From Sphagnum compactum (lineage: Eukaryota): a stretch of 64,000 bases of DNA. The notes under the pieces were generated by a model that worked only from the letters and a program-made list of their open reading frames with translations, had not been told where the DNA came from and ran no database searches. Shown here piece by piece: positions 36,441 to 49,083 of the stretch. Each line of letters starts with the position of its first letter. The first letter of the stretch is position 1. The stretch lies in assembly GCA_965153455.1 (NCBI GenBank), contig OZ234493.1:13134213-13198212 (forward strand), read 5' to 3'. The translations under genes and the position numbers were made by a program.

Positions 36441-38495
36441 TATTATATAAGATCCCTTCCACTCTTCATGATTAGGTGTTGTTTTTCCTCCGCTTTTTCA
36501 GGAGGGACATCCATGATATAAGGGGCCCTCCAAATACAACAGGAAACTTCTTGGAGTGCTTGCCTTATGCTGCATGCTTTGTGACCTAATCTAGTGGAAG
36601 CTTTTCAATGGTTTGAAGGTTTCACTCATTTGAAATAGTGTACCCTTGATGCATTGATTGTGGAAGATAAAAAGCACAGAAGCTCTAAAATCTTGTTCAG
36701 GTTAAATAGGTGATTATCAATAGGTATATATGCATGTAGTATGAGTCAGTGGTTAGTAGGTTGGTAAGGGCATGTAAATGGTTGGGATGTAGGTTGTGGG
36801 GGGGGGGGACAAGTAAGTGGTTAGTAGCTAAATAAGGGCAAATTTGGTTATTCCCTTGACATGGGTTTCAGTGCAAAAGATGGTGCAATGGTTAAACCTA
36901 AAAGCCTCCAGACTTCTTTCAAGGCAGGTTGATTATTCAAATGTCTCACTTGCAATCCTCATATGAAAACCTTATACAACTCAGTTTACAGGCTTGTCAA
37001 ATTGTAACTTTACTGAAATCTGCAACACGTACTAGATGCCATGCAAGATTGTCAATGAATAAATAAACACAAGATTGTCATCCTTAAGAGCACAATGGTT
37101 TAAATTTTAATTGGCCCTAGTGTGTAAGCAGGACTCCAACAGTAGAGCCCAATTGTGAAAAAAGAATTAAAATTTTTATTTTTAAAAAAAAATTCCAATG
37201 ACGAAAATTGTAATCTAAAATTGAGTATCTTCCACTCACTTTAGTTCTAAAAATTTACAAAATCACCTCTAGGAAATCCCATTTGTCATGTGCTTTCCAA
37301 AAAGCTGACCTCAGCTTTTTTTTAATTTCTAATTTTGAGTTTGTTGAATTTTCCTTGTCAAAATTGTTCAATACTCAGTAGCTCTTGCACTTTAGGTCTA
37401 AACATTACAAAACCACCTTGGTACATCCATACTCATAGGAACTTTCCAATGGTGCAAAGAGGATGGTGGTGGGGGGTGTGATGCTTTGGGAGATCTCAAA
37501 TTGACAAATCAAACTAGAAAATTTCCAGAAATTCATAAAGTGACCCTATCTTTGGGTCCTCCTTTCACCCCTACCCCATATTTTAATCTCAAACCTTGCT
37601 ATCAATAAGTACCACCAGTTTATAATGGACTTTGGCCAAGCCCTTGGACCACCTCAATGTGAAAGAATTCTATTGAAGAGAGGTGAAACTCAATATCACA
37701 ATAGCTCTAATGCATAGGATTTAAAATAGCTATGGCATCAGCAAACTATAAATTTAGTGTAATTTGAGTTTCACATTGTCTTCACTCCCCATTCACTGTT
37801 TCACTTCTAATACAATGTACTTCTAATTTCACCCCTTAAATGACCAACCTCAGGAACTCATCCTGTATTTTTCTTCACTTTCATTACAGATATCTCTATT
37901 GTTTGGACCATTTATAAAAAATTGTTGGAACTCCCCACGTGTAAGTTGGATTGATGTGCTTTCTGAAGCAAAAGTGCTAAACTCCTTGTCATGAATCAAA
38001 CTTCATGGAAAAACACCCATGTCAAATTTAGATGAAAAGGATAAAAAGCTGGATTTGTCCCATACAAATGGTCACAAGAGGTAACAAGGCACATGCTTTC
38101 AATCTTCACAATCTTCAGGTTTATTGGTCTACTACAAGGTCTACCAAACAGCTCCAGTGCATAGTAGTCAACAGGGTACCAAAATTCTGCAAAGTACTTG
38201 TTACAAAATAAAGGCCAAATGATGGGACTAAAAAGCATTTTCAAGAAACAAAACCTGAAAAGAAAATGGTTTGTAAAGGATCTTATTTGTGACTTCATCA
38301 AAGAAATGGGACTCTGGGACCAACATTTCAGACCAACATATTGAGCATTCCTGAACTAACATTCCTGAAATGTTACAATATTTCAAATTAGCAAAACCTA
38401 CAACAACAGAATGGCACATATTGATGACACATATCCCTTTCCATGGTGCTAAAACAGAAAAGTTAACTTGATGCTTAAATTCACACCGACAGCAT

Positions 38496-38650
38496 ATGCA
38501 TCAAACAGGTTAAAGACCGAATCATCAAAGACAGTAAATGCATCAAACAGGTTAAAGACTGAATCATCAAAGACAGTATATGCACCAAACAGGTTAAAGA
38601 CTGAATCGTCAAAGTCCGTAGATGCATCAAACAGGTCAAAGATTGAACTG
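38496..38650. repeat. Tandem repeat, 42-bp unit x~3.7, downstream of (3' to) the RVE gene
   Basis: ATGCATCAAACAGGTTAAAGAC(C/T)GAATCATCAAAGACAGTA(A/T) repeated. Confidence 0.9.
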
Positions 38651-38994
38651 TCAAAGCAAACAAAAAATAATACATAAGACTTTGCTAGAATTCAGCACTG
38701 GAGTTCCAAAGACAGGACAACCCACAAGTACAATCTGTGCAAATATTTACATACTGATGTTACAGGGCTGCTATTTGATACAATAAGACGTTTTAGAGTT
38801 AAGAAAGCACAAAAGCAGAAAATACCGCAAAATATTACACTCTCTTGCCCGATTCTGCCCCTGCTGCTCTGTTGGTACAATTGCACTTTAGGTTGAATTA
38901 ATGGCTACAACATGGGGAAGACGACACTATCTGGAAATTGATATAAAAATACAAATACTTTGAGACAACAAACAATTGAGGAGGACTCTTGATT

Positions 38995-41900
38995 TTACGT
39001 CCACCATGTATCTACACCTGCTGCCCCTTCTTCCACCACCCCTGTTGTCAAATTAGGTGATCCCAGTACATACACTGCTGTGTTGGGTTTTTGGTCCAGC
39101 CTTGCCATGGCCTCAGTTTGCATTTGCATGGCAACAGAGGGGCTTAGTACAAGGGAGGCCTGTTCCAGACCTTGTGGTGAAGAAGAGGAGACCCCATGAC
39201 CAGTGAAAGTTGGGGATATGGGTCCACCTCCATCATAGGAATGCAGTTGCAATGGTTGGATCGAACCAGTGGCACCGTCGGTGTATGGTTGTAGAATTGA
39301 AGCCCTTTGCTGTGAATGGTCTGACTCTACACTTCTTGGACTCAATACTGGTGTCAGTGGTACTGGTGTTCCTGCTTGAGCTGATACGGATTTATCGTCA
39401 TCAACTGTCCCCTGTGGGAAGTGTACCAATATGTTGTGTTAGGAAACAGATTGCTGAGTGTGTCTCAAAGATCAATCTAGAGTTCAAGTACTGACAGAAA
39501 CATACACCCCAATTTATGCCTATGTAGAGTACAAGCATACTTCCAAAACCCAGGCAGCAGCCAGTCCAACAGATAAAATAAAATATTACTCACATGCTCT
39601 TTAAAATCAGGGCTGGACAAGTTGATTGAAAGATTGCGCATCAGAAGCAAGACCTGCACATTTCAATGCAACTTTACTAAGTAAGCTAGTGTGAACATCA
39701 ATCCTTTGATGGCTCTCACTCACTTCTTTAAATCTCCATTTGGTGTCACTTCATCTGACAACCCTCAACATTTTATAGAGCAATGTAGAGCCCCAAGACC
39801 AAAGGTTGCCACAACTGCTTCCTAATTAGAGTAACTGAAACCTCCAATGACATTAGCACGTACTGTTTCTCGATCAATGGGCGACATCTCCTTAAGTGTC
39901 CTGAGATGGCCAGAAACACCTGGGTCGAATACACTTCCAATGAACTTGTAGACCTCTGAAAAATCTGGAGTAGCTGCAACACAAGATAATTGGTATCAGA
40001 AGCACAATGAACAGCAAATGATTGGCAGTAGAACTGACAAGTGAAAATGAAATGAGCAGATGGTCAGATATCAAAAAACAATGAGCAAATAGTCAGAGGA
40101 ATGCTGTACCTCGTATGCAGGAATCCTGTCCTACATGGTTCCTTGCCAACATATGCTGTGACCAACCCGCTGGTGAGCTACCACTTAAACTGCTACTTGA
40201 GTGTAGGCCACCAGCCAAGCTAAATCCCCCTATTTCTCCAACCTCTGGCATAATGCCTGCAATTCTCGAAAAACACCCAAGCTTTTGATTAGATCAGACC
40301 AGATCACAAATGAGACATTGTGCTTCCAGACACAGCGTGTTATGTTCACCATAGAGATTGACCTGTATGGGCTGCTGTATAATTTGTCTGAATACAACAT
40401 TCTTAACTAGTGATTTAGAGCAAGAAGAATTATTTTGCCGATAAAGGACATGAAGACCAACACAACAGAAGGAAGTGCATTCTATGAGGAATGCACAAAT
40501 ACCATTCTTTGGTGCTTTCTGTGGGTATGGTTGAGCAGACTTTCGCTTAGGCCGTGGAGGAGGTACACGCTCGCCAGTGCCATTCTTTTGAACCTTCAGA
40601 AAGTACTTCTGTGCATGACTTCGAATCTGCAATAGGTCCTCAGATTATAACAAACATAACAACATTGCACCCATTGGTCCATAATCAAATTGACACCAGG
40701 TTACTGGAAATGACCACCTATATTTGGTATCGTGTGAGCAGATTAAATATGAAAATCTTTGGACATCCACTAATGGCTGAAACTCCAACCCAAAACCATT
40801 TTCTGTTAAGTTGGCTGTTAATTTGTTTCAGTAGAAAGTTTCAAAGAGTCACCTCTGTTTCTAACAAGAATGATTAACTCGCAAGAAATGAAACTCTTTG
40901 GAACTAAAGAGACTTAAGAATGTGCAAAACTGACTCTCAGTAACTGTGAATCTAGCAGTGCTCTGGATTAATAGAAAAGTGCAATTTAGCCATCATAATG
41001 ATTTTTAGTATATTACACCATCAATTGAGTCTTTTTTTCCTAATACATGAAGTTGGAGAAATTATAAATATAAGGAACCAACAATACTTAAGGACAGCCT
41101 TATTAAAAACTTAAACCCTCAGATTTTATGTCTAAGACATCTATGCAATGTGTGTGTCATATACTTTGCAAAATGATAGGTTTTTTTCTGAAAAGGAAAG
41201 GTAAAATAACACATACACTATGAAAGTTGTATACTTTTCACAGCAACGTATCAAAAATTCAGAATGAAAGATGCATACCTGAATAACTGTCTTGGAACCA
41301 ACAAAGGCCTCAATCTTTTTCCAATCTCGGTCGAATCTGTGGACAAAATCACAGTTTGCACTTTAAAGTCTTGTCAATAAAATCAGTCCCTACATCTGCA
41401 AAAAACTGAAATCATATCACAGTGAGGAGCCCAGACCCTTGAGAAATAAGGAAGTTGTACTGCCAAGAAACACACAACTTTTTTCATTACTAACTTCAGA
41501 TACTGGAACAATCCCCAACAAATGACATGACAATGCCTAGAGCGTTGACATTCCTTCCAACAAAAGCACCATTATTAGGACACAGTTATTTGGATACAAT
41601 ATTGCCATGGAAATACAGGCACAACTGCATGAATAAAATGAGATCCATTTGAACTGCACATTCTAGTTTCACTTCAGAAGCTACTTCAGAAAATATAAAA
41701 ATTGTTCAAAAATGAAGCAACCCAAAGGCACTTTTGTCAGTATTTTGAGAGAATTTAGGTTCATCATTTCTTCACAGCAGCTGTATCCACAATTCATTGA
41801 AGTACCAATCAAAGGGGAAAGGGGAAAATGCATTGTGAGCTGACTCAACCATTGCTGCTAAAGAAGAAATCTGCTTGCATCTGAGCCTGATGTAGTAGTA

Positions 41901-43434
41901 GTAAATGAGCTCTGAGAGGCCCTTGGGGAACCCCATTTTCCAGTCTCCACGCCCACCCCTTTGGAAGTTTGGTTGAGCCCTAAAAGAGAGGCAAGGATGG
42001 TTGCTAAAAAATCTGTAGATGAAGTGAGAGCCTCACAACCCGTAGAGACTCAATGCTCCTAAATTATACAGGAGGGAAAATTTGGCAGCAAAAACAAAGT
42101 CATGAATCCAACAAAATCCAAAGGCTCCAGATACAAATTTCAATCCAGGAGAGAGATTAGCGGAATTCGAGAGTGCAGGAAAAATAAATAATAATTAAAA
42201 ATATTTTAAATATATTTTTAAAAAAACCAATCCAGGGGAGAAAGATACTGGAATTGAGAATGCTGAGAAAAAAGCACTAATCCAGGAGAGAGATTACTGG
42301 AATTGATAACACAGAAGAAGACCAATCTAGGAGAGAGATTACTGAAGTTCAGGAATGCAGGGGGAAAAAACCAATCAAACACTAATCCAGGAGAGAAGAA
42401 TACTGGGATTGAGAATGCAAGAAAACAACAATCTATGAGAACAAATACTGGAATTGAGAATCCAGAAAAAAATGGCAAGTCAGGACAACGAATACTGGAA
42501 TCAAGAACGCAGAACTCACTCACAGTTGAAGTGATCCTCCTCGAGAAACTGGTCATGCTCGATGAATACTGGAATTGACAATGCAGAGGAACTAATAATC
42601 TACAACAATGAATACTGGAATTGAGAATGCAGAAATTGTAAACACAAGATGATGATGATGATGATGATGCAAATAAAGTACAGCAATTACAGTATTGTCT
42701 TCAGATGTAGATGAAGAAGCTGGAAGAGAGATCTGTCGTTTACTCAATGTTCAAAAGTGCAGATAGATGCAGCAGCAGCAGCAGAATGGAAAGAATTGGA
42801 CATGAATCAACATAAAGGAAGCAAGCAAGTTCACAAGATTTTCTTTTGTTCAGGCAAGGAAGAGGAGCAAGAGGAGGAGGAAAAGGAGGAGGAGGGACAC
42901 TCACAGTTCCTTTGAGAAACTTGTTGTGCTCAACGAAAACTGGAATTGAGAATGCAGAAATTGCAACACAAGATGATGATGCAAAGAAAGTGCAGCAATT
43001 ACAGTGTTGTCTTCAGATGTAGACGAAGAAAGCTGGAAGAGAGATCTGTTGCGTATTCAATGTTGGAAAGTGCAAAGAGATGCAGCAGCAGCAGAATGAG
43101 AAGAATTGGCCATGGATCAAGGTAAAGGAGGCAAGCAAGTTCACAAGATTTTCTTTCTGTCCAGGTGAGGAGGAGGAGGAGGAGGAGGAGGAAAAGCTCA
43201 CAGTTGAAGTGCCTCGAGAAACTTGTCGTGCTCTTGCTCCGTCCAGCTTTCCCTGGACTTAGTTATGGTGTACGGTTTCCTGATCTTCTTGCAGCCTGCT
43301 TCTTCCGACAACAATTGTTGTTGTTGCTCCACAACAGACGACGCCATTGCTATTCCCCCCGGCGGCAGCACCGACGACGACGACGAAGAATCGAAGAAGG
43401 AGGGAAATAACAATTGCTGGTTGCAGTACTTCAT
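38995..43434 (-). CDS. RVE8: REVEILLE8/LCL-clade single-MYB (SHAQKYF) circadian transcription factor, ~353-382 aa, 7 exons
   Basis: Exons (minus): 43434 (or 43347)-43202, 41336-41279, 40626-40503, 40256-40110, 39973-39864, 39653-39594, 39411-38995. MYB domain [76 protein letters not shown] domain [48 protein letters not shown]. The symbol denotes the RVE4/6/8 clade, not strict orthology. Confidence 0.93.
42130..43233. repeat. Repeat-expanded RVE intron 1: ~300-bp segmental duplication plus multiple AATACTGGAATTGAGAATGCAG units
   Basis: 42614-42931 is a diverged copy of 42939-43233. The motif ATACTGGAATTGAGAATGC recurs about 8 times between 42240 and 42960. Confidence 0.85.
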
Positions 43435-44178
43435 GTGCTTCCCACATAAAGCCCACGCCGGCCACACAGGCACCAAATCCAAGCAAAAGACAAGAAGAAG
43501 ACCAGAATCCCTGAAGAAGAAGAAGAAGAAGCAGCAGAGCAGAATTGCTGACCGACCGAAAGAGATCTTGCTGGAGCGCGAGAAGAAACACGAAATCTGT
43601 GTTTGCCAGCACCGGAAGTGATACCCTAGAAGATGTTCATGTCCAAGCGAGTTCCGAAAGGAGCGAGAGAGAGAGAGAAGGGAAGGGAGAAGACGACGAC
43701 AGCGACGCAAATGCTACTGCTACTTCTGGCAGTGTCTACTTGGGGTTTTGCTTAAGGAGTGCAGGAGGAGGCTTGTGAGCAAGAAAGGAGGTCCGGGAAG
43801 GGTTCGTGGGCGGGGCGCCCTCTCTCCTGTCGACACCAGGACGTTCTGCAGCACGTTCGGCATCGCCAAGAGCCTCTCTTGGAGGCTCGAAACACGCCGC
43901 GCGTGACCCGAGCGTCCGTCGACTGCAGGTTCGGGAAGACGCCTTCCAACAGCTCTCGATCTACTTGCAGCAAAGAACTGTAGTCAGATTCTCCGCACGG
44001 CGGATTTCCGCTGCTCCGCGGCATTCGTAGGCGAAAGAGAGAGAGCGAGAGAGAGAGATACACACACACACAGAAGAGTCTAGACATATACACAGAGAAA
44101 AAGAAAGACACACAGACACGCAGAGAGAAGAGAACTTGTGTGAAGCTCTGGACGAGGGAGAGAGCGGCAGCAGCGGCG

Positions 44179-45180
44179 ATGTGGAGCAACAAGGAGAATT
44201 GGAAACAGTTAGGGAAGGGCGTTGCGATCACGTACGGCGTCATCGCTTTCGCGTGGTGGTGGGATTCCAATTCTCCTCTCGGCTGGTGGACGCTCAAACC
44301 CCGCACTAAGGTCAGTGTTGTAGTGAATGCTCCATTGTTTTATTCCCTTTCTTTTCTGATCGATCCTCCCCTTACTTCCTTTGTGTCTTGTGCATTTGTG
44401 TGTATGTGTGTGCATGTGTGTGCACATCCAACACATGGCTCCCCCATCTCCTCTCGCACAAAACCGCACTTGCCCGGATTTGTCTTCTCTTCCTCTCTTT
44501 GGAGTTATGTCTCTGGAGCTATCTCTCTGTGGCTTATCTCTGTTGCCATCTCAGGACCGAGAGACACACAAAGGGAAACCCTAAACCTTAAACCACAGAG
44601 AGAGAGACACACACACACACACAGAGTAGCAACAGCAGCAGCAGGAGATCGAGGAAGTTGCATGTTCTGAGCATTCCCAGTCTGTCTTGTAGTGTCCATG
44701 GAGCTCTTCGTTTTTGCTGTGTGATAGGGCATTGTGCTGTGACCTGAATTTGGTTACAGCAGATGGGTGTGGAGCTACTTCTTCTGACAAGCCTTTTGTG
44801 TTGTGGGTTAGTGTGTGTGTGTGTGTGTGTTTTGGTTCTTTTTTTTGGCTTTGTTTTGCTGCTTTGTGATGATGCATGCATGTATGCGGGGATGCACACA
44901 GGAGGAAAGAGAGATGGCGCACTTATATGAGCGCAGGGTGTTTCCTTACCCTGGTGACAAAGAGGCAGTACAAGAGTTCATAGAGAAAGGGGGTGCATAC
45001 GGAACCACCATAGGATCACTCGATGTCAGACAGAAAGCCAAGGACAATCGAGTTGCGGATCTTCAAAAGGAGCGGTTTGAAAGAGAAGCTCAAAAGCTGT
45101 GGCTGCGAATGCAGAACGAAGTTTTGAGGGAATTCCATGAGCAAGGCTTTAGTCTAACAGCGACCAGTGAATCTGAATAG
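44179..45180 (+). CDS. Small uncharacterised protein (136 aa, one N-terminal hydrophobic segment), 2 exons
   Basis: Exons 44179-44310 (AAG|GTCAG) and 44902-45180 (CAG|GAG) join in phase 0, giving MWSNKENWKQLGKGVAITYGVIAFAWWWDSNSPLGWWTLKPRTK-EEREMAHLYERRVFPYPGDKEAVQEFIEKGG..FEREAQKLWLRMQNEVLREFHEQGF. It has coding-like composition and resembles, from recall only, a conserved plant protein of unknown function. Confidence 0.85.
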
Positions 45181-47611
45181 AAAAAAGTCGTAGAGAAGGA
45201 TCCAGAGAGAGAGAGAGTTTGGGACTTTGCATTTCAGGAAAGCATTCAAAGAGAAGAAGATTACAAAAGAAATCAGCCTTGCAATTCAAGGTCATCTTTG
45301 CAGAGAGCTATTAATTCTATGTTGGGTGACTTTCAGCATAAGATATATTTGCAGTCAGAGATAGTAGAAAGGCAAAACCTTTTCTGTACATTGCAGTGTG
45401 ATCAGAGGCACAGAGTTTGTACCTATTTCTCCTGCTTCACAAAAGAGTTTTTGAGAGGGAGGAGCAATCAATGCAACCTCTGCTCTTCTTTGTGCCAAGC
45501 ACAGGACTGTGAAGGGGGCAGATTTAAATTTGTCTGGCATTTTCAAGTACTTGTTATGAAGCAGGAGCTTTTGATTCCATTTTGTTGCCAATTTGTTAAC
45601 ACCCACCATCAGGAGCTGATGAAGTCAGTGGAGTAGTCATGGCAGCTTATCACTGCTGTTAGTGACTCATGAATGCAATTTCCTCCTGAATTTGACACTC
45701 ATGTTAGAATCATGGGTGGGGGAGGGCAGGTGCAATGGATCCTACTATATAGGGGAGTGGCCATTTATGAATCTGATTCCAACAGCTTCTTCACGCCTTC
45801 TTGTGTGTTCTGCACAAAGAAGTATGTTGTGCAACAGAAAGGTTACAATTTTATCAGTTGAGAAGAATCCCATGGGAGGCCATTGACAGACATCCATATT
45901 GTGTCTCTGAGCTGCTCACAGCAAAGCACTTGGACTTTCCAGAAGCTTATGCTGATAGCACTATGAGGGTTCAATCCACTCATACAACAAAGGGTGAACC
46001 AATATCCCCTAGCTTTACTGGTCAAGAGCTCACCCCCTCTTTCTCTTCTTCATCTCAAATTGCTCTGGTGCTATTGTCTGTACAACTTAATTCTTTTGTG
46101 GTGCACAAGCTAAGCAACTAAGCATTTGCTCGTGATCATGATTTGCAATGGCTTTCTATCTTTCGCACATGACAATCAACTATCAGATCAGTATGTATAC
46201 CATGATGAAGTCATTGAGCAATTCTTCTTTTCATTCTTTTTTGGTTGTTTCTTGAGGTAGCAAAGTCCTTTATTGAATGATGAGACTTGAGGTTTCAAAA
46301 ATCATTTCTTGTGGGGAGCCACTCATTAGGGTCTTTAACAGGTTTTAACAGGAAAACTTGGAACGTGTGTTTGTTTGTTATCATTGAGGGGAGTTTAGGA
46401 TCTCGTACTCAAGGGAATGTTTGAAATAGAGATATTATTTGAGTTCAGAAAGGCCTGGTTTTGTGTGAGTCATTCATATCCATTGGAAGGCTTTCTGCAA
46501 GTTGGTTGACATCAAATCAATGAGCATACTCTTCATCAAGGTGTGTAGTTGCTTGCAATACTTCATTGGTTAAACTTTGTTAAAATCAACAATTCATCTT
46601 CCCATCCATATGCAAGCTTGCTTTGCTTCATCACCTCTGTACATTTTCACTCCATATCGTGAATTCTATTTCTATTGTAGGATATCAACAACTTCTTACC
46701 CTTTTGCCAATCAATTCCTGCACGTGGCCATCTCACATGTCTTGGTGCTATTGCCCAACTTCTCACAACCTTATTACATATGTGGAAAAACTGTGATAAT
46801 TTCAATCTAGGAACTCTAGCTATAAAAACAAACATCATGGAGAGCTCACCATTGCCATCCTCCTTCTCTGGATGATTAACAATCTTCCCTTTTACACTAT
46901 CTTTTGTTCACAACTTGTTTTATGTTTTCTGTACCAAATGCACAATTGTTTCTTCACACTAATCTTTTGTTCTCAATTTGTTTAATATTTCCTCTTACAA
47001 TGCACACTTTTTCATTTATGCTATCTTGTGTTTGCAATCTTTCTTATGTTGCAAAATTGTATGGATGGGTAGCCAGCCAAAATGCTTGTAAGATTGTGCA
47101 ACCACCCAACACTCAATACAAAAGAAAATCTAGACTCTTTGGTTTATGGGTATAAATCCTAATGTCAGAGGCAGGCTTTTTTCCTTTGTCTGCGCAAAAT
47201 CTCCAAAATCCTTTGGGCCATAAATACTTCATTTTTTTGGGAAGACACAACACTCCAGTAGGCCACTAGCAAGTCCCTTCTTCCCCTTCCCTTCCCCCTC
47301 CCAACCTAAGGCCAGCATGAAGGATGTGTATATATACATAATATCGCATTGAATATACATTGAGATGGATGAAACCACAAAGTTTACCTCAAACATGTGT
47401 CGTGAGCCAAGGCCTAATGTTTTAAAGAGAAATCACATATTGATTTAGTGATGACATTGTTAAGCTCTTGACATTACTAAACCTTTTGATGTCCATTTTA
47501 TAGGCAGAGGGTGTTTGTGGCTTTTTAGAGAGTTCAAGTTGATGTTATCTTGTGTCATGCAATAGTAAGAGAAGCTTTTTCTAGGCTTGGTGTTCTTTGA
47601 AGGTTTTGGTC

Positions 47612-47840
47612 TATCTCTTTGCAGGACTTGCTTCGTGTTACTTGTGATGGATTTAGGTCCTAGGTTACTTGATTTCTCCCTTTGGGCTCTCTTTGCAAGA
47701 CTTGCTTCGTGTTACCGGTGATGGATTTCGGTCCTAGGTTACTTGATTTCTCCTCTTAGGGCTCTCTTTGCAAGACTTGCTTCGTGTTACCGGTGATGGA
47801 TTTAGGTCCTAGGTTACTTGATTTCTCCTCTTTGGGCTCC
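47612..47840. repeat. Tandem repeat, ~74-bp unit x3
   Basis: CTCTTTGCA(G/A)GACTTGCTTCGTGTTAC..GTGATGGATTT(A/C)GGTCCTAGGTTACTTGATTTCTCC..TT(T/A)GGG repeated three times. Confidence 0.9.
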
Positions 47841-48421
47841 TCATTGTGCGATTTTGAACGTTACCTTCTTTTTTTGGACTTCAATCTTTTTTCGTTCTTC
47901 TCTTGTTCCCTTGCCACATGCTTTTATTTATTTATTTATATTTATCTTGTCAGTCCATATATTTGTTGTTCATGAATTGTAGTAATTAAAACACCCACCT
48001 GAAAAAAATAATAAAAATAATATAATATTATATATATATATATATATATATAAATGATGGCTAGTGTTGTTCCATGGATCAATTGGGGGTGAAGTGTAGT
48101 TAGTTAAAATAGTCACAAGTTTGTTTCCCCTCTCTTTCTTGGAAGTGGGGGTGTGGAAGAGAGAGACACCATGACTACTTTCGTACAATACATCCATTGA
48201 AAATGTTCCATGGATGATCTTTCAATGGATGATCCATTGATGTGTAAGGTAATGCCCGAGGAGGGGGGCGTTCCCAAAAGAAGTGCCTACCCAAGGTGAC
48301 GCTAATAGGCGCTTCTTTTCGGAACAAGGTAAGGGCATTTTGAAAAACAAAACGCTCGTTCACCCGTGGGCGGAATGGGCTTTTTGTCTTCCCAAATGTC
48401 CCACCTTTCAACAAAGGAAAA

Positions 48422-48830
48422 AAAAAAACTCCATCTAAGGAGGTACTTTGTAAATACACTAAAGAAGTATTTTTGCCCCCAAAAAAAATTTCAAATCCCT
48501 TTCTTTTGTTCGGGCCAAGAGGAACTTATATAACCTAACCTAATATCTACCCTAGTCTACCTCTTCATCCACGGGCGGGCAAGTGGTCATGTCCTTCATC
48601 CAAAAACTCCATCTAAGGAGGTACCTTGTAAATACACTAAAGAAGTATTTGCCCAAATTAAAAAAAATTTAAATCCCTTTCTTTTGTTCGGGCCAAAGGA
48701 ACTTATATAACCTAACCTAATATCTACCCTAGTCTATCTCTTCATCCACAGGCGGGCAAGTGGTCATGTCCTTCATCCAAAAACTCCATCTAAGGAGGTA
48801 CTTTGTAAATACACTAAAGAAGTATTTGCC
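48422..48830. repeat. Tandem repeat, ~178-bp unit x2.3
   Basis: AAAAACTCCATCTAAGGAGGTAC(T/C)TTGTAAATACACTAAAGAAGTATTT begins at ~48424, ~48602 and ~48779. Confidence 0.9.
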
Positions 48831-49083
48831 AGAGTAAGGTGCCCATTATCATCCAAGGCCATCATTATCATCCATGTGAGGTACCAAGAGAGCTGGGTTA
48901 GAGTTTGAGGTGCAATGTCAGGATTACATGGAAGGAAGGAAGAAGGCCCAATTTAACTTTGGTTAGGGTTTTAAGTGAAGTGGAGCCCACTCCCCCTTTG
49001 GGGATAACTCTGATACCCATGACACTGAAAGGCTACAAATTTGTCAGTAAAATTGATGTAAGTGATTTCTGTGCAAAGAACAT

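Noticed and set aside
38468..38677. ORF of 14-aa repeats (ASNRLKTESSKTV)
   Set aside because: A by-product of a 42-bp tandem repeat whose unit is a multiple of 3. There is no supporting gene structure.
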